A stretch of DNA of 64,000 nucleotides from an uncultured Acidobacteriota bacterium (GTDB taxonomy: Bacteria; Acidobacteriota; Polarisedimenticolia; J045): contig CAVPCQ010000016.1 in the NCBI GenBank assembly GCA_963702425.1, forward strand, positions 32,001 through 96,000. Reading direction: 5' to 3'. The position numbers and the translations under genes are program-made. Shown in pieces: positions 11,139-20,569 of the stretch. Numbering within the stretch: position 1 is the first letter of the stretch; each line of letters opens with the position of its first letter. A model generated the notes under the pieces. That model ran no database searches. It saw only the letters and a list, made by a program, of their open reading frames with translations, and was not told where the DNA came from.

Positions 11139-12767
11139 ATGAAGCCCTCCCGCCCGCTGCTGGTCACGCTCCTCCTGGCGGCCCTCTTCGGGGCCTCCGC
11201 GATCGTCGTCGTCTCCCGCGCGGCCGCCCCGGCCGGGCCGACCCTGGGGAAGATGGGGACCTACGCCGAGATCCTCGCCCTGATCGAGGAGCGCGCGGTC
11301 CCCGAGCCCGACATGAAGCGGGTCATCTACTCCAGCATCGGCGGGATGCTCGACGTGCTCGACCCGCACACCAACTTCCTCGACGACGACAACTACCGCG
11401 AGATGCGCGAGGAGCAGAAGGGCTTCTTCTACGGGCTGGGGATCCAGATCAACAAGCGCGGCCGCTACCAGCCGCTGCGCGTCGTGGCCCCGATGGCCGG
11501 CACGCCGGCCGACCGGATGGGGATCCGCGGCGGCGACGTCATCGTGCACATCCGCGACGAGCGCGCGGGGGCCGACGTCGACACGCTGGGCCTGACGATC
11601 CAGGAGGCCGTGAAGTTCCTGCGCGGGCCGCGCGGCTCGGAGGTGGAGATCACCGTCGAGCGGCCGGGCGTCGAGGAGCCGCTGGTCTTCAAGATCCAGC
11701 GCGACGCGGTGCGCACCACGGCGGTCTCGCAGGCCTACCTGATCCGGCCCGAGACCGGCTACATCAAGATCACGAGCTTCGTCGAGAGCACCACCCCCGA
11801 GCTCGACGCCGCGATCGAGAGCCTGAAGAAGCAGGGCGCGAAGCGGCTGGTGCTCGACCTCTCCGGCAACCCGGGCGGCCTGCTCGACCAGGCGATCAAC
11901 GTCGCCAGCCGCTTCCTCCCCGCCGGCTCGCTCGTGGTCTACACCGAGGGCCGGATGGCCGGCTCGCGGCAGGACTACTTCTCGGCCAAGGACGTCCCGC
12001 ACGTCGAATGGCCGATCGTCGTGATGGTCGACCGCGAGGCGGCCTCCGCGTCGGAGATCGTCTCGGGCGCGCTGCAGGATCACGACCGCGGGATCGTCGT
12101 CGGCGAGACGACCTTCGGGAAGGGACTCGTGCAGTCGGTCTACCCGCTGTCCGAGAACACCGGCCTCGCGCTGACGACGCAGAAGTACTTCACCCCCGTG
12201 GGCCGCAGCATCCAGCGCCCCTACGCCGGCGAGGAGTCGTACTACCTCGAGTGGCGGGAGCGCGACGCGGTCCCGAAGCCGCGGGAGAATGCGCCGGTCT
12301 TCAAGACCGACACCGGGCGCACGGTCTACGGCGGCGGCGGCATCACGCCCGACGTGCCGGTGCAGATCCCGGAGTACCCCGAGGTCGTCGTCCAGCTGCT
12401 GCGGACCTCGGCCTTCCCGCGCTTCGTGACCACGCTCTCGGCGGCCGACCGGAAGAAGTACGCCGCCGACCCCGCGTCGATCCTCCCGCCGTTCACGACC
12501 TTCGTGCTGGCCGATCTGCCCGACGCCAAGGCCGAGGAGATCGCCGCCGCCAAGGACGACATCCTGGTCCAGCTGAAGGGCGAGATGGCGCTGCTCGAGG
12601 GCGGGCTCGCCGCGCGCGAGCGGGTCCTGCTCGAGAAGAACCCGGTGCTCGAGAAGGCGCTGGCCTCGTTCCCCGAGGCCGAGAAGCTGCAGAGCCTGCG
12701 CCGGGCGCTGCCGGAGACGCGGACCCAGACTGCGGAAGCGAGCGGGACCCCCGCTCAGACCAGGTAG
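11139..12767 (+). CDS. S41 carboxy-terminal processing protease (CtpA/Prc-like) with PDZ domain
   Basis: Signal peptide, LDPHT, GLGI, LVLDLSGNPGGLL, ASASEIVSGALQD, TFGKGLVQ. Confidence 0.95.
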   Translation: MKPSRPLLVTLLLAALFGASAIVVVSRAAAPAGPTLGKMGTYAEILALIEERAVPEPDMKRVIYSSIGGMLDVLDPHTNFLDDDNYREMREEQKGFFYGLGIQINKRGRYQPLRVVAPMAGTPADRMGIRGGDVIVHIRDERAGADVDTLGLTIQEAVKFLRGPRGSEVEITVERPGVEEPLVFKIQRDAVRTTAVSQAYLIRPETGYIKITSFVESTTPELDAAIESLKKQGAKRLVLDLSGNPGGLLDQAINVASRFLPAGSLVVYTEGRMAGSRQDYFSAKDVPHVEWPIVVMVDREAASASEIVSGALQDHDRGIVVGETTFGKGLVQSVYPLSENTGLALTTQKYFTPVGRSIQRPYAGEESYYLEWRERDAVPKPRENAPVFKTDTGRTVYGGGGITPDVPVQIPEYPEVVVQLLRTSAFPRFVTTLSAADRKKYAADPASILPPFTTFVLADLPDAKAEEIAAAKDDILVQLKGEMALLEGGLAARERVLLEKNPVLEKALASFPEAEKLQSLRRALPETRTQTAEASGTPAQTR

Positions 12768-13804
12768 GCCAGCGCGAACCCGACCTGCGCGGTCATCATC
12801 ATCAGGTACATGTGGGTCCACGACGGGTGGTTCTCCGTCGTCGCCAGCGCCTCGGGGTCGCGCAGGATCAGCCAGACGGTATAGGCGCCCCAGCTCGTCA
12901 GGAGCAGACCCAGCGCGTCGAGCGCCCAGCGGTTGCCGGTCAGGATCGCGTGGTGGCCCGCGGGATCGAAGGGGTCGGCCAGCAGCGTGCCGAGCGGGAT
13001 CAGCAGCCACGGCAGGACGAACGACGGCGCCATCATGACGGCGGCTCGCTTCACGCCGTAGCGGATCGGCAGCGTGTAGCAGCCCCCTTCCGCGTCCCCC
13101 TTCATGTCCGAGAAGTCCTTGGTGGAGGCGGCGCCGACCAGGAACAGCGCGAAGACCGCGCCGATGTACCAGGCCTCGAGCGCCCAGACCGGGCCGATCA
13201 TGCTCCAGCCGGCGACCTTGAGCAGCATCCCGCGCGGGATCGCGATCGTCACGTTGGCCCCGATCGCGTGGCGCTTGGTGCGGCCGAGCGCCGGGGCCGA
13301 ATAGACGAAGGTGAAGATCATTCCCAGGACGTAGATCACGAAGACCGCGTGCCAGAGCGTCAGCGCACCCGCCCACCCGCCCGCCCCGGCGAGCGAGGCG
13401 CGGACGCCGCCCGGCACCGTCAGGCGCTCGGCGAGGGTCTGCGCCGGGTAGATCACGACCAGCCAGGTCGGCAGCACCGCGGCGAGGTAGAGCACGATCG
13501 AGTAGTTCCACGCCGAGCGCATCGAGATCTTCCCCGACGGCAGCATCCGCTCCGGCTTGTTGATCCGGTCGATCGGCAGGTCGTAGTACTGGTTGATCAC
13601 GTTGCTCGCGGCGTTCAGCAGCGCGGCGCAGGCCGAGCCGAGCACGACGTTGAACAGCAGCGCGGCGGTGACGGCGCGCGTGGGATCGGGGTTCCAGTAG
13701 GAGCCCCAGGCGCAGATCGCGCCCGAGATCACGCCCAGCAGCGGCGGCAGGAGCGTGAAGGGGCGCGTGAAGTCGACGTAGCGTCGGAGCGTGTCCATCA
13801 TCAC
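12755..13804 (-). CDS. UbiA-superfamily prenyltransferase (homogentisate prenyltransferase / DGGGPS-like)
   Basis: FTRPFT, first Asp-rich motif NQYYDLPIDRINKPERMLPSG, YSAP..RTKR, second motif KDFSDMKGD..G.YTLP; multiple TM helices. Confidence 0.9.
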   Translation of the reverse strand: MMMDTLRRYVDFTRPFTLLPPLLGVISGAICAWGSYWNPDPTRAVTAALLFNVVLGSACAALLNAASNVINQYYDLPIDRINKPERMLPSGKISMRSAWNYSIVLYLAAVLPTWLVVIYPAQTLAERLTVPGGVRASLAGAGGWAGALTLWHAVFVIYVLGMIFTFVYSAPALGRTKRHAIGANVTIAIPRGMLLKVAGWSMIGPVWALEAWYIGAVFALFLVGAASTKDFSDMKGDAEGGCYTLPIRYGVKRAAVMMAPSFVLPWLLIPLGTLLADPFDPAGHHAILTGNRWALDALGLLLTSWGAYTVWLILRDPEALATTENHPSWTHMYLMMMTAQVGFALAYLV

Positions 13805-13823
13805 GGTCGGTGTCCTGGGCGCG

Positions 13824-15170
13824 TCAGGCGGCGACGAGGGAAGCGATCAGGATCGCGACCAGGCCGCCGGCGAGCGTGTTGAGGAAGTTCTGGGCTTCGT
13901 TGTCGATCAGCTTGGCCTGCTCGAGCAGCGCGCCGAGGTAGCTCTCCAGCGTCGTGCCGACGAACGCCGCCGCGGCGACGATCGCGACCCCGCTCCCGTC
14001 GATCAGCCCGACCGCCCAGCCGAGCAGGCCGAGCACGATCGAACCGGCGATCCCGGCCAGCGTCCCCTCGAGGCTGACCGCGCCGTCGGTGCCGCGTGGC
14101 ACCGGGCGGAAGGTCGTGATCAGGAAGGTGCGGCGGCCGAAGGCCTGCCCGATCTCCGAGCCCAGCGTGTCCGACGCCGCGGTGGCGAGCGCCGCCACGA
14201 AAGCCAGCCGGAACAGGCCGTTCCCCTGCGCCGCGCCGAAGGCCAGCGCGGCGAAGAGGGCCGGCGCCCCGGCGTTGGCCCAGGCGTGCGCCGCGCCGCG
14301 GCGGCCCCCCTTGGCCTGCGCGGTCCCCTCCTTCGCCTTGGTGCGGTAGCCGACCTTGGTCGCGCCCGAGCCGAGCACGAAGAAGGCCAGCAGGATCGCG
14401 AAGCCGCCCGGGCCGAGACAGAGCCAGATCGCCGTCCCGAGCAGCACGCCGTGGATCACGCCCGAGAGGTCGACGGTCTTCAGCGCGTAGGCCAGGCCGG
14501 CGGCGGCGAGGTTCGCGCCGAGCGCCCAGGGCAGCCGCGCGAGCAGGAGGTCCTGCGCGCCCGCGATCCGCGAGAGGTCGATCAGCTGCGCCGCGTAGAG
14601 CAGGCCGCCGGCGGCCAGCGGCACGAGCAGGTTGTCGTTGATCCCGGTGTCGAGGCTCTCCAGGACCGCCAGCACCAGGCCGACGGCAAGGAACTTCAGC
14701 GCGATCGCCGGCGTGATCGCCCAGCCGCCGGTCCAGGCGAAGAGCGCCAGCGCCATCGGCACGCCGGCGACGACGAAGCCGGTGAAGCCCGCCCAGGTCT
14801 TCTCGCGGTTCCACGGGAGCGGTCCGCTGGCGGGCCCGAAGGCCCGGCCGGCGATCGTCGCCAGCCCGTCGCCGAAGGCCAGGAAGGCCCACGCCGCGGC
14901 AACGATGTCGAGCCGGTGCGGGAAGACCAGGATCAGGATCAGCACCGAGACCGCGTAGAGCACGATCCCGACGTCGAGGCCGCGTTCCTTCGCTTCGCCG
15001 CGGAAGAACTGCCGGCGCCCGAGGCGCGGCAGCACGAACAGGTTGTTGGCCAGGGCGACGAGCGCGCAGAGTGCCGCCTGCCACCAGGTGAGGTAGCGCA
15101 GCAGGAAGGCGAAGCCGCCCATCGAGATGTGCAGGAGCTTGCGGGCCAGGTCGCTGCGGAGCGCGCTCAC
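13824..15170 (-). CDS. Fusion of a phytol/farnesol/dolichol-kinase-like domain and a DUF92 (TMEM19/VTE6-like) domain
   Basis: N-terminal half: ARKLLH, FGDGLATIAG, PWNREKTWAG, INDNLLVP. C-terminal half: GRRGAAHAWAN, ASDTLGSEIG, VPRGTDGAVSLEGT, ESYLGA, NFLNT. GTG overlaps the upstream stop. Confidence 0.85.
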   Translation of the reverse strand: MSALRSDLARKLLHISMGGFAFLLRYLTWWQAALCALVALANNLFVLPRLGRRQFFRGEAKERGLDVGIVLYAVSVLILILVFPHRLDIVAAAWAFLAFGDGLATIAGRAFGPASGPLPWNREKTWAGFTGFVVAGVPMALALFAWTGGWAITPAIALKFLAVGLVLAVLESLDTGINDNLLVPLAAGGLLYAAQLIDLSRIAGAQDLLLARLPWALGANLAAAGLAYALKTVDLSGVIHGVLLGTAIWLCLGPGGFAILLAFFVLGSGATKVGYRTKAKEGTAQAKGGRRGAAHAWANAGAPALFAALAFGAAQGNGLFRLAFVAALATAASDTLGSEIGQAFGRRTFLITTFRPVPRGTDGAVSLEGTLAGIAGSIVLGLLGWAVGLIDGSGVAIVAAAAFVGTTLESYLGALLEQAKLIDNEAQNFLNTLAGGLVAILIASLVAA

Positions 15171-16159
15171 GACTTCACCCGCGCGGGACCGGCGTCGATC
15201 AGCCAGCGCACCATCGCCGTCAGCCCGTCCCGGGCCGGCGTCACCGTGTAGCCCAGCTCGCGCTCGGCGCGCGCCGAGCTGAGCGCCCACTCGTGGCGGT
15301 AGATCGCGACCTCCCCGTCGGTCATCATCGGCTCGATCCCGGTCAGCGGCGCCTGCCAGCGCAGCACGCGGCCGAGGGCAGCCGCCACGCCGTACGGGAT
15401 CGCCCGCGACGGCGCGCGCACGCCGCCGGCTTCGGCCATGATCGCGAGCGCCTCGCGGACCGTGATGTTCTCGCCGCCGAGGACGTAGCGCGATCCGGCC
15501 TGCGCCTTTTCCAGCGCGAGCAGGAACCCGCGCGCGACGTCGTCCACCTGCGCCAGGCACTGCCGGCGGTCGCCGGGGCCGACGGTGCCGGGCAGCTTCC
15601 CCGCGAGCAGGTCGCGCGCCACGCCGGCGAGGATGTTCCCGTCCGTCAGGCGCCCCGGCCCGTAGACCACCCCCGGGTAGACCACGACCAGGTTCTCGCC
15701 TCCGGCCTGCCGCTCGCGCGCCCGCCGGTCGGCGGCCAGCTTCGTGCGCTCGTAGTCGTTGCGCGGCGCGCCGTCGTGGACGTTGTCCTCGTCGCCGATC
15801 CGGCCGTCGGTCGGACCCAGGGCGATGAACGACGAGCAGTAGATCGCCTTCCCCACCCCGGCCGCCCGGGCCGCGTCGAGCAGCCGGTCGAGCCCCTCGA
15901 CGTTGACGCGGTCGAAGCGCGCGGGGTCTCTGACCCAGCGTTTGACCAGGGCCGCGCAGTGCACGACGGCGTCGCGCCCGGCGACTGCCGCAGCGAGCGA
16001 CGGGCCGTCTTCGACGTCTCCGCGCAGGACCTCGAAGGGGCCCTGCGGCGCCGCCTCGGGCCGGCGCGCCAGCAGCGCCACCCGGTGCCCCGCGGCGGAG
16101 AGGACCTCCGCCACGCGCCCGCCGAGGAAGCCGGTGCCGCCGGTGAGCAGGACCTTCAC
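15167..16159 (-). CDS. Extended SDR / NAD-dependent epimerase-dehydratase, farnesol dehydrogenase (FLDH)/HpnA-like
   Basis: VLLTGGTGFLG, HCAALV, CSSFIALG, YERTK (YxxxK), YPGVVYGPG, ELGY. Confidence 0.88.
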   Translation of the reverse strand: MKVLLTGGTGFLGGRVAEVLSAAGHRVALLARRPEAAPQGPFEVLRGDVEDGPSLAAAVAGRDAVVHCAALVKRWVRDPARFDRVNVEGLDRLLDAARAAGVGKAIYCSSFIALGPTDGRIGDEDNVHDGAPRNDYERTKLAADRRARERQAGGENLVVVYPGVVYGPGRLTDGNILAGVARDLLAGKLPGTVGPGDRRQCLAQVDDVARGFLLALEKAQAGSRYVLGGENITVREALAIMAEAGGVRAPSRAIPYGVAAALGRVLRWQAPLTGIEPMMTDGEVAIYRHEWALSSARAERELGYTVTPARDGLTAMVRWLIDAGPARVKS

Positions 16160-17049
16160 GACACGCCCTGCGGCGGAAACTCGGCCAGGTACTCGCGCGC
16201 CGCGTCGGTCCACGGCCGCGGGACCCAGCCGAAGCGGCCCGCGAACAGCCCGGTCGCGAGCGGGGTCGCCGCCGGACGCGCCGCCGGCAGGTCGAGCGAC
16301 TCCGGCGCGACGGGCTCGACCCGCGCCGGATCGCCCCCCGCCAGCCGGACCACCTCGCGCGCGAAGGCGAAGCGCGAGACGGCTCCGCCGTTGGCGAAGT
16401 GGAACAGGCCGGTCGCGTCGGGATCGGTGATCAGCGCCTCGATCGCGCGCGCGATGTCGCGGTTGTAGGTCGGCTTGGTGACCCAGCCGTCGATCGACCG
16501 GATCGCGCCCCCGCCCGCGACCGCTTCGCGTGCGATCCGGTCGAAGAAGGTCTCGCGCCCGGGGCCGAAGACGAACGAGATCCGCAGCACGACCGCGTCC
16601 GCCAGCTTGCTGAGGATCGCCTCCTCCCCGTGGAGCTTGCTGCGCCCGTAGGCGTTGACCGGCGCGGTGAGGTCCTCCTCGACGTACTCGCGCCCGGCCG
16701 TCCCGTCAAAGACGTAGTCGGTCGAGATGTGAATCAGCCGCCGGCGGCCGCGCGTGCAGATCGCGGCCAGGTTCGCGGCCCCCTCGGCGTTGACCTCCTC
16801 CGCCGTCTCGGGATCCTGCTCGGCCTCGTCGACGTTCGACATCGCGGCGCAGTTGATGACCACCGTCGGGTCGAGGCGCTCGATGTCCAGCTCCGTCGCC
16901 CACCGGTCGGCGATGTCCATTTCCGTCCGCGAGGCGGAGACGGTGTGCGGGAAGCGCGCCTCGAGCCGCCCGGCCAGGGCGCTGCCGACGAGGCCGTCGG
17001 CGCCGATGATCATCGGCCGGATCGCAAGGTTGGGGTCGGTGGCGGTCAC
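16156..17049 (-). CDS. rfbD: dTDP-4-dehydrorhamnose reductase-like (RmlD/RfbD)
   Basis: GADGLVG, VINCAAMSNVDEAE, HISTDYVFDG, YGRSKLHGE, PAARP. Confidence 0.85.
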   Translation of the reverse strand: MTATDPNLAIRPMIIGADGLVGSALAGRLEARFPHTVSASRTEMDIADRWATELDIERLDPTVVINCAAMSNVDEAEQDPETAEEVNAEGAANLAAICTRGRRRLIHISTDYVFDGTAGREYVEEDLTAPVNAYGRSKLHGEEAILSKLADAVVLRISFVFGPGRETFFDRIAREAVAGGGAIRSIDGWVTKPTYNRDIARAIEALITDPDATGLFHFANGGAVSRFAFAREVVRLAGGDPARVEPVAPESLDLPAARPAATPLATGLFAGRFGWVPRPWTDAAREYLAEFPPQGVS

Positions 17050-17089
17050 GCGCGGATTCTAGCAAGGAAGCGGACGGGCGCCGGGCCCG

Positions 17090-19576
17090 TCAGTTCCCGA
17101 CCTCCTGATTGAGGTCGAACAGCTTGCCGATCCCGGAGAGGTTGACCGTCAGGAGCAGGTTCCGGCGGTTGTTGTCGACGAAGTTCCGCGTGTCGAGCCC
17201 GAGCTGGATCGAGCAGCACTGCGTCGTCCAGCGCAGCTGGTAGAGGTAGTGGTCGAGCTGCGAGGTCTCGAGGTTGTAGTCCCAGGCCGCCTCGAGCGAC
17301 AGGCCGCGCACGATCCGCGCGATCCCCAGCTGCGTGCGCAGGAAGTCCGTCGGGAGGTCGAGCGGCCGGACGGAATTGCGCTTGTACCACGAGCCGCGGA
17401 AGTAGCCGCCGCGGAACCCCATCATCGCCGAGATGCTGGTCTCGGCCAGCTTGTCGTTGGCGACGTCGAAGACGTAGGAGAGGTCGACCGACTGCTGGTA
17501 GGTCGGGTTGAAGCGGCCGGTGATCGCGATCGGGGAGTACTGCCGCGTGTCGACGATCTGCTGCCGGTTCAGCGACTCGCCGGTTGTCGGGTCGACGAGC
17601 AGCGCCCAGAGGTTGCTCAGCGGCTGGTCGAGCGAGTACTGCTGCGAGATCTGCAGGCTGCCGATCTCGGTCGGTGTCAGGTTCTCCGCGACCTCGATCG
17701 CCTCGGCCACACCGGGCTTGCCGGCCTCCTCGAGGGCGCGGCGGGCCTCTCTCGCCGACTGCTCCTCGAGGTCGGAGAGCGAGAGCTTCTCGGTCGAGGG
17801 GACGCCGAAGGTGCGGCCGGTGTCGGGCCCACGCAGCGCATAGAAGCGGGTCCGCACGCCGTAGGTGAAGAGCGAGAGCTGGCCCGGGACGGTGTCGACG
17901 TCGTCGAACGGGATGATCTTCAGCGGGTCGATCCCCGAGTCGGGACGCCAGTCGTAGCGGAAGAACGGCTCGACGACGTTCTTGAGCTTCGGGGAGAAAC
18001 CCCACCGCGGGGTCTCCCAGACGCGCTGGAAGCGCGGCCCGATGAAGCCGATCCCGACGTTCCACAGGGTGCGCGTCAGGTTCTCGTTCACGAACACCGG
18101 GGCCCGGCGCGGCGGCTCGCCCGGTCCCGGCGGCGGGAGCTGCTGCGCCGTGTAGTGGGTCCAGCGCCCGCCGGCATTGATCGTCAGGTCGGCCCACGGG
18201 ACGTTCAGGAGCGGCATCTGGAGTTGCGGAAAGACGTCGATCCGCTGCCAGGTGACGTCCGCCAGGGTCAGCAGATCGTCCTCGTTCTTCTCGCCGGCCG
18301 TGCCCTCGGGGGGGCCGAGGATGGCCCGCCGGAAGCTGCCGGCCGACCCCTCGAAGAGCACGAAGACCGGCGAGCGGCCGATCCGGTGGCTGGCGCTGCG
18401 GATCTCGAGCTCGGGTCGCCTTTCGTTGATCGTCTCGCGCGCGATCAGGGTCTCGTCCGTCAGGAGGTTGGTGATCGGAAAGTACTGCTTGAGCCGGCTG
18501 GCCCGCGCCGCGAGCGAGTACCAGGACCACTGCCGCGTCAGGTCGAGCCAGGAGGAAACCTGCGGGTTCGAGGCCTCGTCGAGGTCGACGACGTAGTCGG
18601 TCAGGTAGTCGAAGTCGGACAGCGCCTCGAGCTGCAGGCGCATCTTCCAGGTGTCGCCGAGCGGCTGGACCTGGCGCCACTCCCCGATGTAGCGGTTCTC
18701 GGCACGGTCCGTGTCGCGGATGTAGTTCGCGATCCCCCGGGCCCGGCCGCGCCAGGTCGGGAACCAGTTCAGCTCCGCTCCCAGTCCGGGGCCGACCTGG
18801 CTGTGCCAGTCGAAGAGCAGCAACAGGTCGGCGTTGTCGGCGAAGGCCCAGAAGAACGGCACCGAGATCGTCTGCCCGAGCGTGGTCGAGGTGCTGAACG
18901 AGGGGAACAGCAGGCCCGTGGCGCGGTCGGTCTTGATCGGCCAGATGAGGTAGGGGGTGTAGAAGATCGGGACCTTGCCGACCCTGAACGCGGCGTCGCG
19001 GAGGTGCGCGTACTGGCCGATCGTCAGCGTCGCGCTGCGGACCCGGAACGACCAGTAGGGGGTCGGCTGGCTGCAGGTGGTGAACGTTGCGTGGGTGACG
19101 CGCAGGTCCTGCGGCCCGATCCGCTCGATCGTCGCCGCGCGCACGACCGCGTTGTCCTGGTCGAGGTAGCCGACCGCTTCCTCGACGACGCCGAGCTGGG
19201 TCTCGATGTTGTAGACCAGCCGGGTGCCGGAGAGCGTCGCGCCCGGAAAGGCGAGCACGACGTTGCCGGTCGCCACGACCTGCCGGGTGGCTACCGTGTA
19301 GACGATCTCGTCGGCCTGGATCGAGCTGTCGCCGGCCTTCAGGTCGACGTAGCCGCTGAGGCGCCACTCCGTCTCGGTGCGCACGGCCTGGCCGGCCCGC
19401 AAGGACGCCGACTCGGGCAGCTCCAGCTGAAGCTCGGGCTTCGCCATGCGCGGCTCCTCGGCGAGCGCCGGGAGCAACGCGGAAAGGATCGCCAGGAGCG
19501 CGCAAGCGAGGAGCAGACCGCTGCGGCCCGCCGGGCGCAACACGCCGGCGGCCGCCGGGTGACGCTCCGACGGCAT
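17090..19576 (-). CDS. lptD: LPS-assembly outer-membrane protein LptD
   Basis: Signal peptide, OstA-like beta-jellyroll, ATFTTCS..TPYWSF, VPIFYTPY..RATGLLFP, C-terminal QCCS. Start at MPSERH is inferred. Confidence 0.88.
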   Translation of the reverse strand: MPSERHPAAAGVLRPAGRSGLLLACALLAILSALLPALAEEPRMAKPELQLELPESASLRAGQAVRTETEWRLSGYVDLKAGDSSIQADEIVYTVATRQVVATGNVVLAFPGATLSGTRLVYNIETQLGVVEEAVGYLDQDNAVVRAATIERIGPQDLRVTHATFTTCSQPTPYWSFRVRSATLTIGQYAHLRDAAFRVGKVPIFYTPYLIWPIKTDRATGLLFPSFSTSTTLGQTISVPFFWAFADNADLLLLFDWHSQVGPGLGAELNWFPTWRGRARGIANYIRDTDRAENRYIGEWRQVQPLGDTWKMRLQLEALSDFDYLTDYVVDLDEASNPQVSSWLDLTRQWSWYSLAARASRLKQYFPITNLLTDETLIARETINERRPELEIRSASHRIGRSPVFVLFEGSAGSFRRAILGPPEGTAGEKNEDDLLTLADVTWQRIDVFPQLQMPLLNVPWADLTINAGGRWTHYTAQQLPPPGPGEPPRRAPVFVNENLTRTLWNVGIGFIGPRFQRVWETPRWGFSPKLKNVVEPFFRYDWRPDSGIDPLKIIPFDDVDTVPGQLSLFTYGVRTRFYALRGPDTGRTFGVPSTEKLSLSDLEEQSAREARRALEEAGKPGVAEAIEVAENLTPTEIGSLQISQQYSLDQPLSNLWALLVDPTTGESLNRQQIVDTRQYSPIAITGRFNPTYQQSVDLSYVFDVANDKLAETSISAMMGFRGGYFRGSWYKRNSVRPLDLPTDFLRTQLGIARIVRGLSLEAAWDYNLETSQLDHYLYQLRWTTQCCSIQLGLDTRNFVDNNRRNLLLTVNLSGIGKLFDLNQEVGN

Positions 19577-19693
19577 CGCTCTCCTCCGTGAGTCGCGGAA
19601 GAATAGCGAGTTCGTCGCCGCGGCATCAACCTTCCGCGCCCCGGGGCGGTCCCGCGGGGCCGGTGCTACCATCCCGCCCCCGGAGGATCGCGC

Positions 19694-20569
19694 GTGCGGA
19701 TCGCCCTGGCCCAGACCGACCCGCGCCTCGCGGACGTCGAGGCCAACCTCGCCGGGATCGAGGAAACGGTGGCCGCGGCCCTCGCCGGCGGCGCCGACCT
19801 CGCGGTCTTCCCCGAGCTGGCGCTGACCGGTTATCGGCTGCGCGATCTGGTGCCGCAGGTCGCGGTGCGGCTCGACCGCGCGGGGCCGGTGCGCGACCGG
19901 CTCGCGGCCCTCTCCGAGCGCCTGCCGTTCGTCGTCGGGCTGGTCGAGGAGTCGGCCGACCACCGCTTCTACAACGCGGCGGCCTGGTTCGAGGACGGCC
20001 GGCTGGTCCACGTCCACCGCAAGGTCTACCTCCCGACCTACGGGATGTTCGACGAAGCGATGGACTTCGCCCGCGGCCGCCGGCTGGCGGCGTTCGACAC
20101 CCGCTTCGGGCGGGCCGGCATCCTGGTCTGCGAAGACCTCTGGCACCCGACCGCGACGACCGTCCTGGCGCTCGACGGGGCGGTCATGGTCTACGGGATC
20201 GCGGCCAGCCCGCTGCGCGGCCAGGGGGTCGGCTCGGCCGACCCGTCGCACCTTTCGGGCCGGCAGTTGGCCGAGGTCCTGGCGCGCTTCCACACCGTGC
20301 CGGTGGTCTACGTCAACCGCAGCGGGTACGAGGAGGGGCTGGCCTTCGGCGGCGGCAGCTTCGCGATCGGCGCGATGGGCGAGACGCTGGCCGAGGCGCC
20401 GCTGCTCGAGCCGGCGCTGGTGATCGCGACGATCGACCCCGACCGGACCCGCGCTGCGCGCGCGGCCTACCCGCTGGTGCGCGACGAGCGGCCGGGCCTG
20501 CTGGCGCGCGAGCTGCGGCGGATCGCGCGGGGCGAGGGGCTCGAGGCGGACGAGGAGGACGGGCGATGA
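19694..20569 (+). CDS. Carbon-nitrogen hydrolase; probable glutaminase subunit of a two-subunit NAD synthetase
   Basis: E-K-C triad motifs FPEL, HRKVYLP, LVCEDLW; ATGA overlap with nadE. Confidence 0.88.
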   Translation: MRIALAQTDPRLADVEANLAGIEETVAAALAGGADLAVFPELALTGYRLRDLVPQVAVRLDRAGPVRDRLAALSERLPFVVGLVEESADHRFYNAAAWFEDGRLVHVHRKVYLPTYGMFDEAMDFARGRRLAAFDTRFGRAGILVCEDLWHPTATTVLALDGAVMVYGIAASPLRGQGVGSADPSHLSGRQLAEVLARFHTVPVVYVNRSGYEEGLAFGGGSFAIGAMGETLAEAPLLEPALVIATIDPDRTRAARAAYPLVRDERPGLLARELRRIARGEGLEADEEDGR

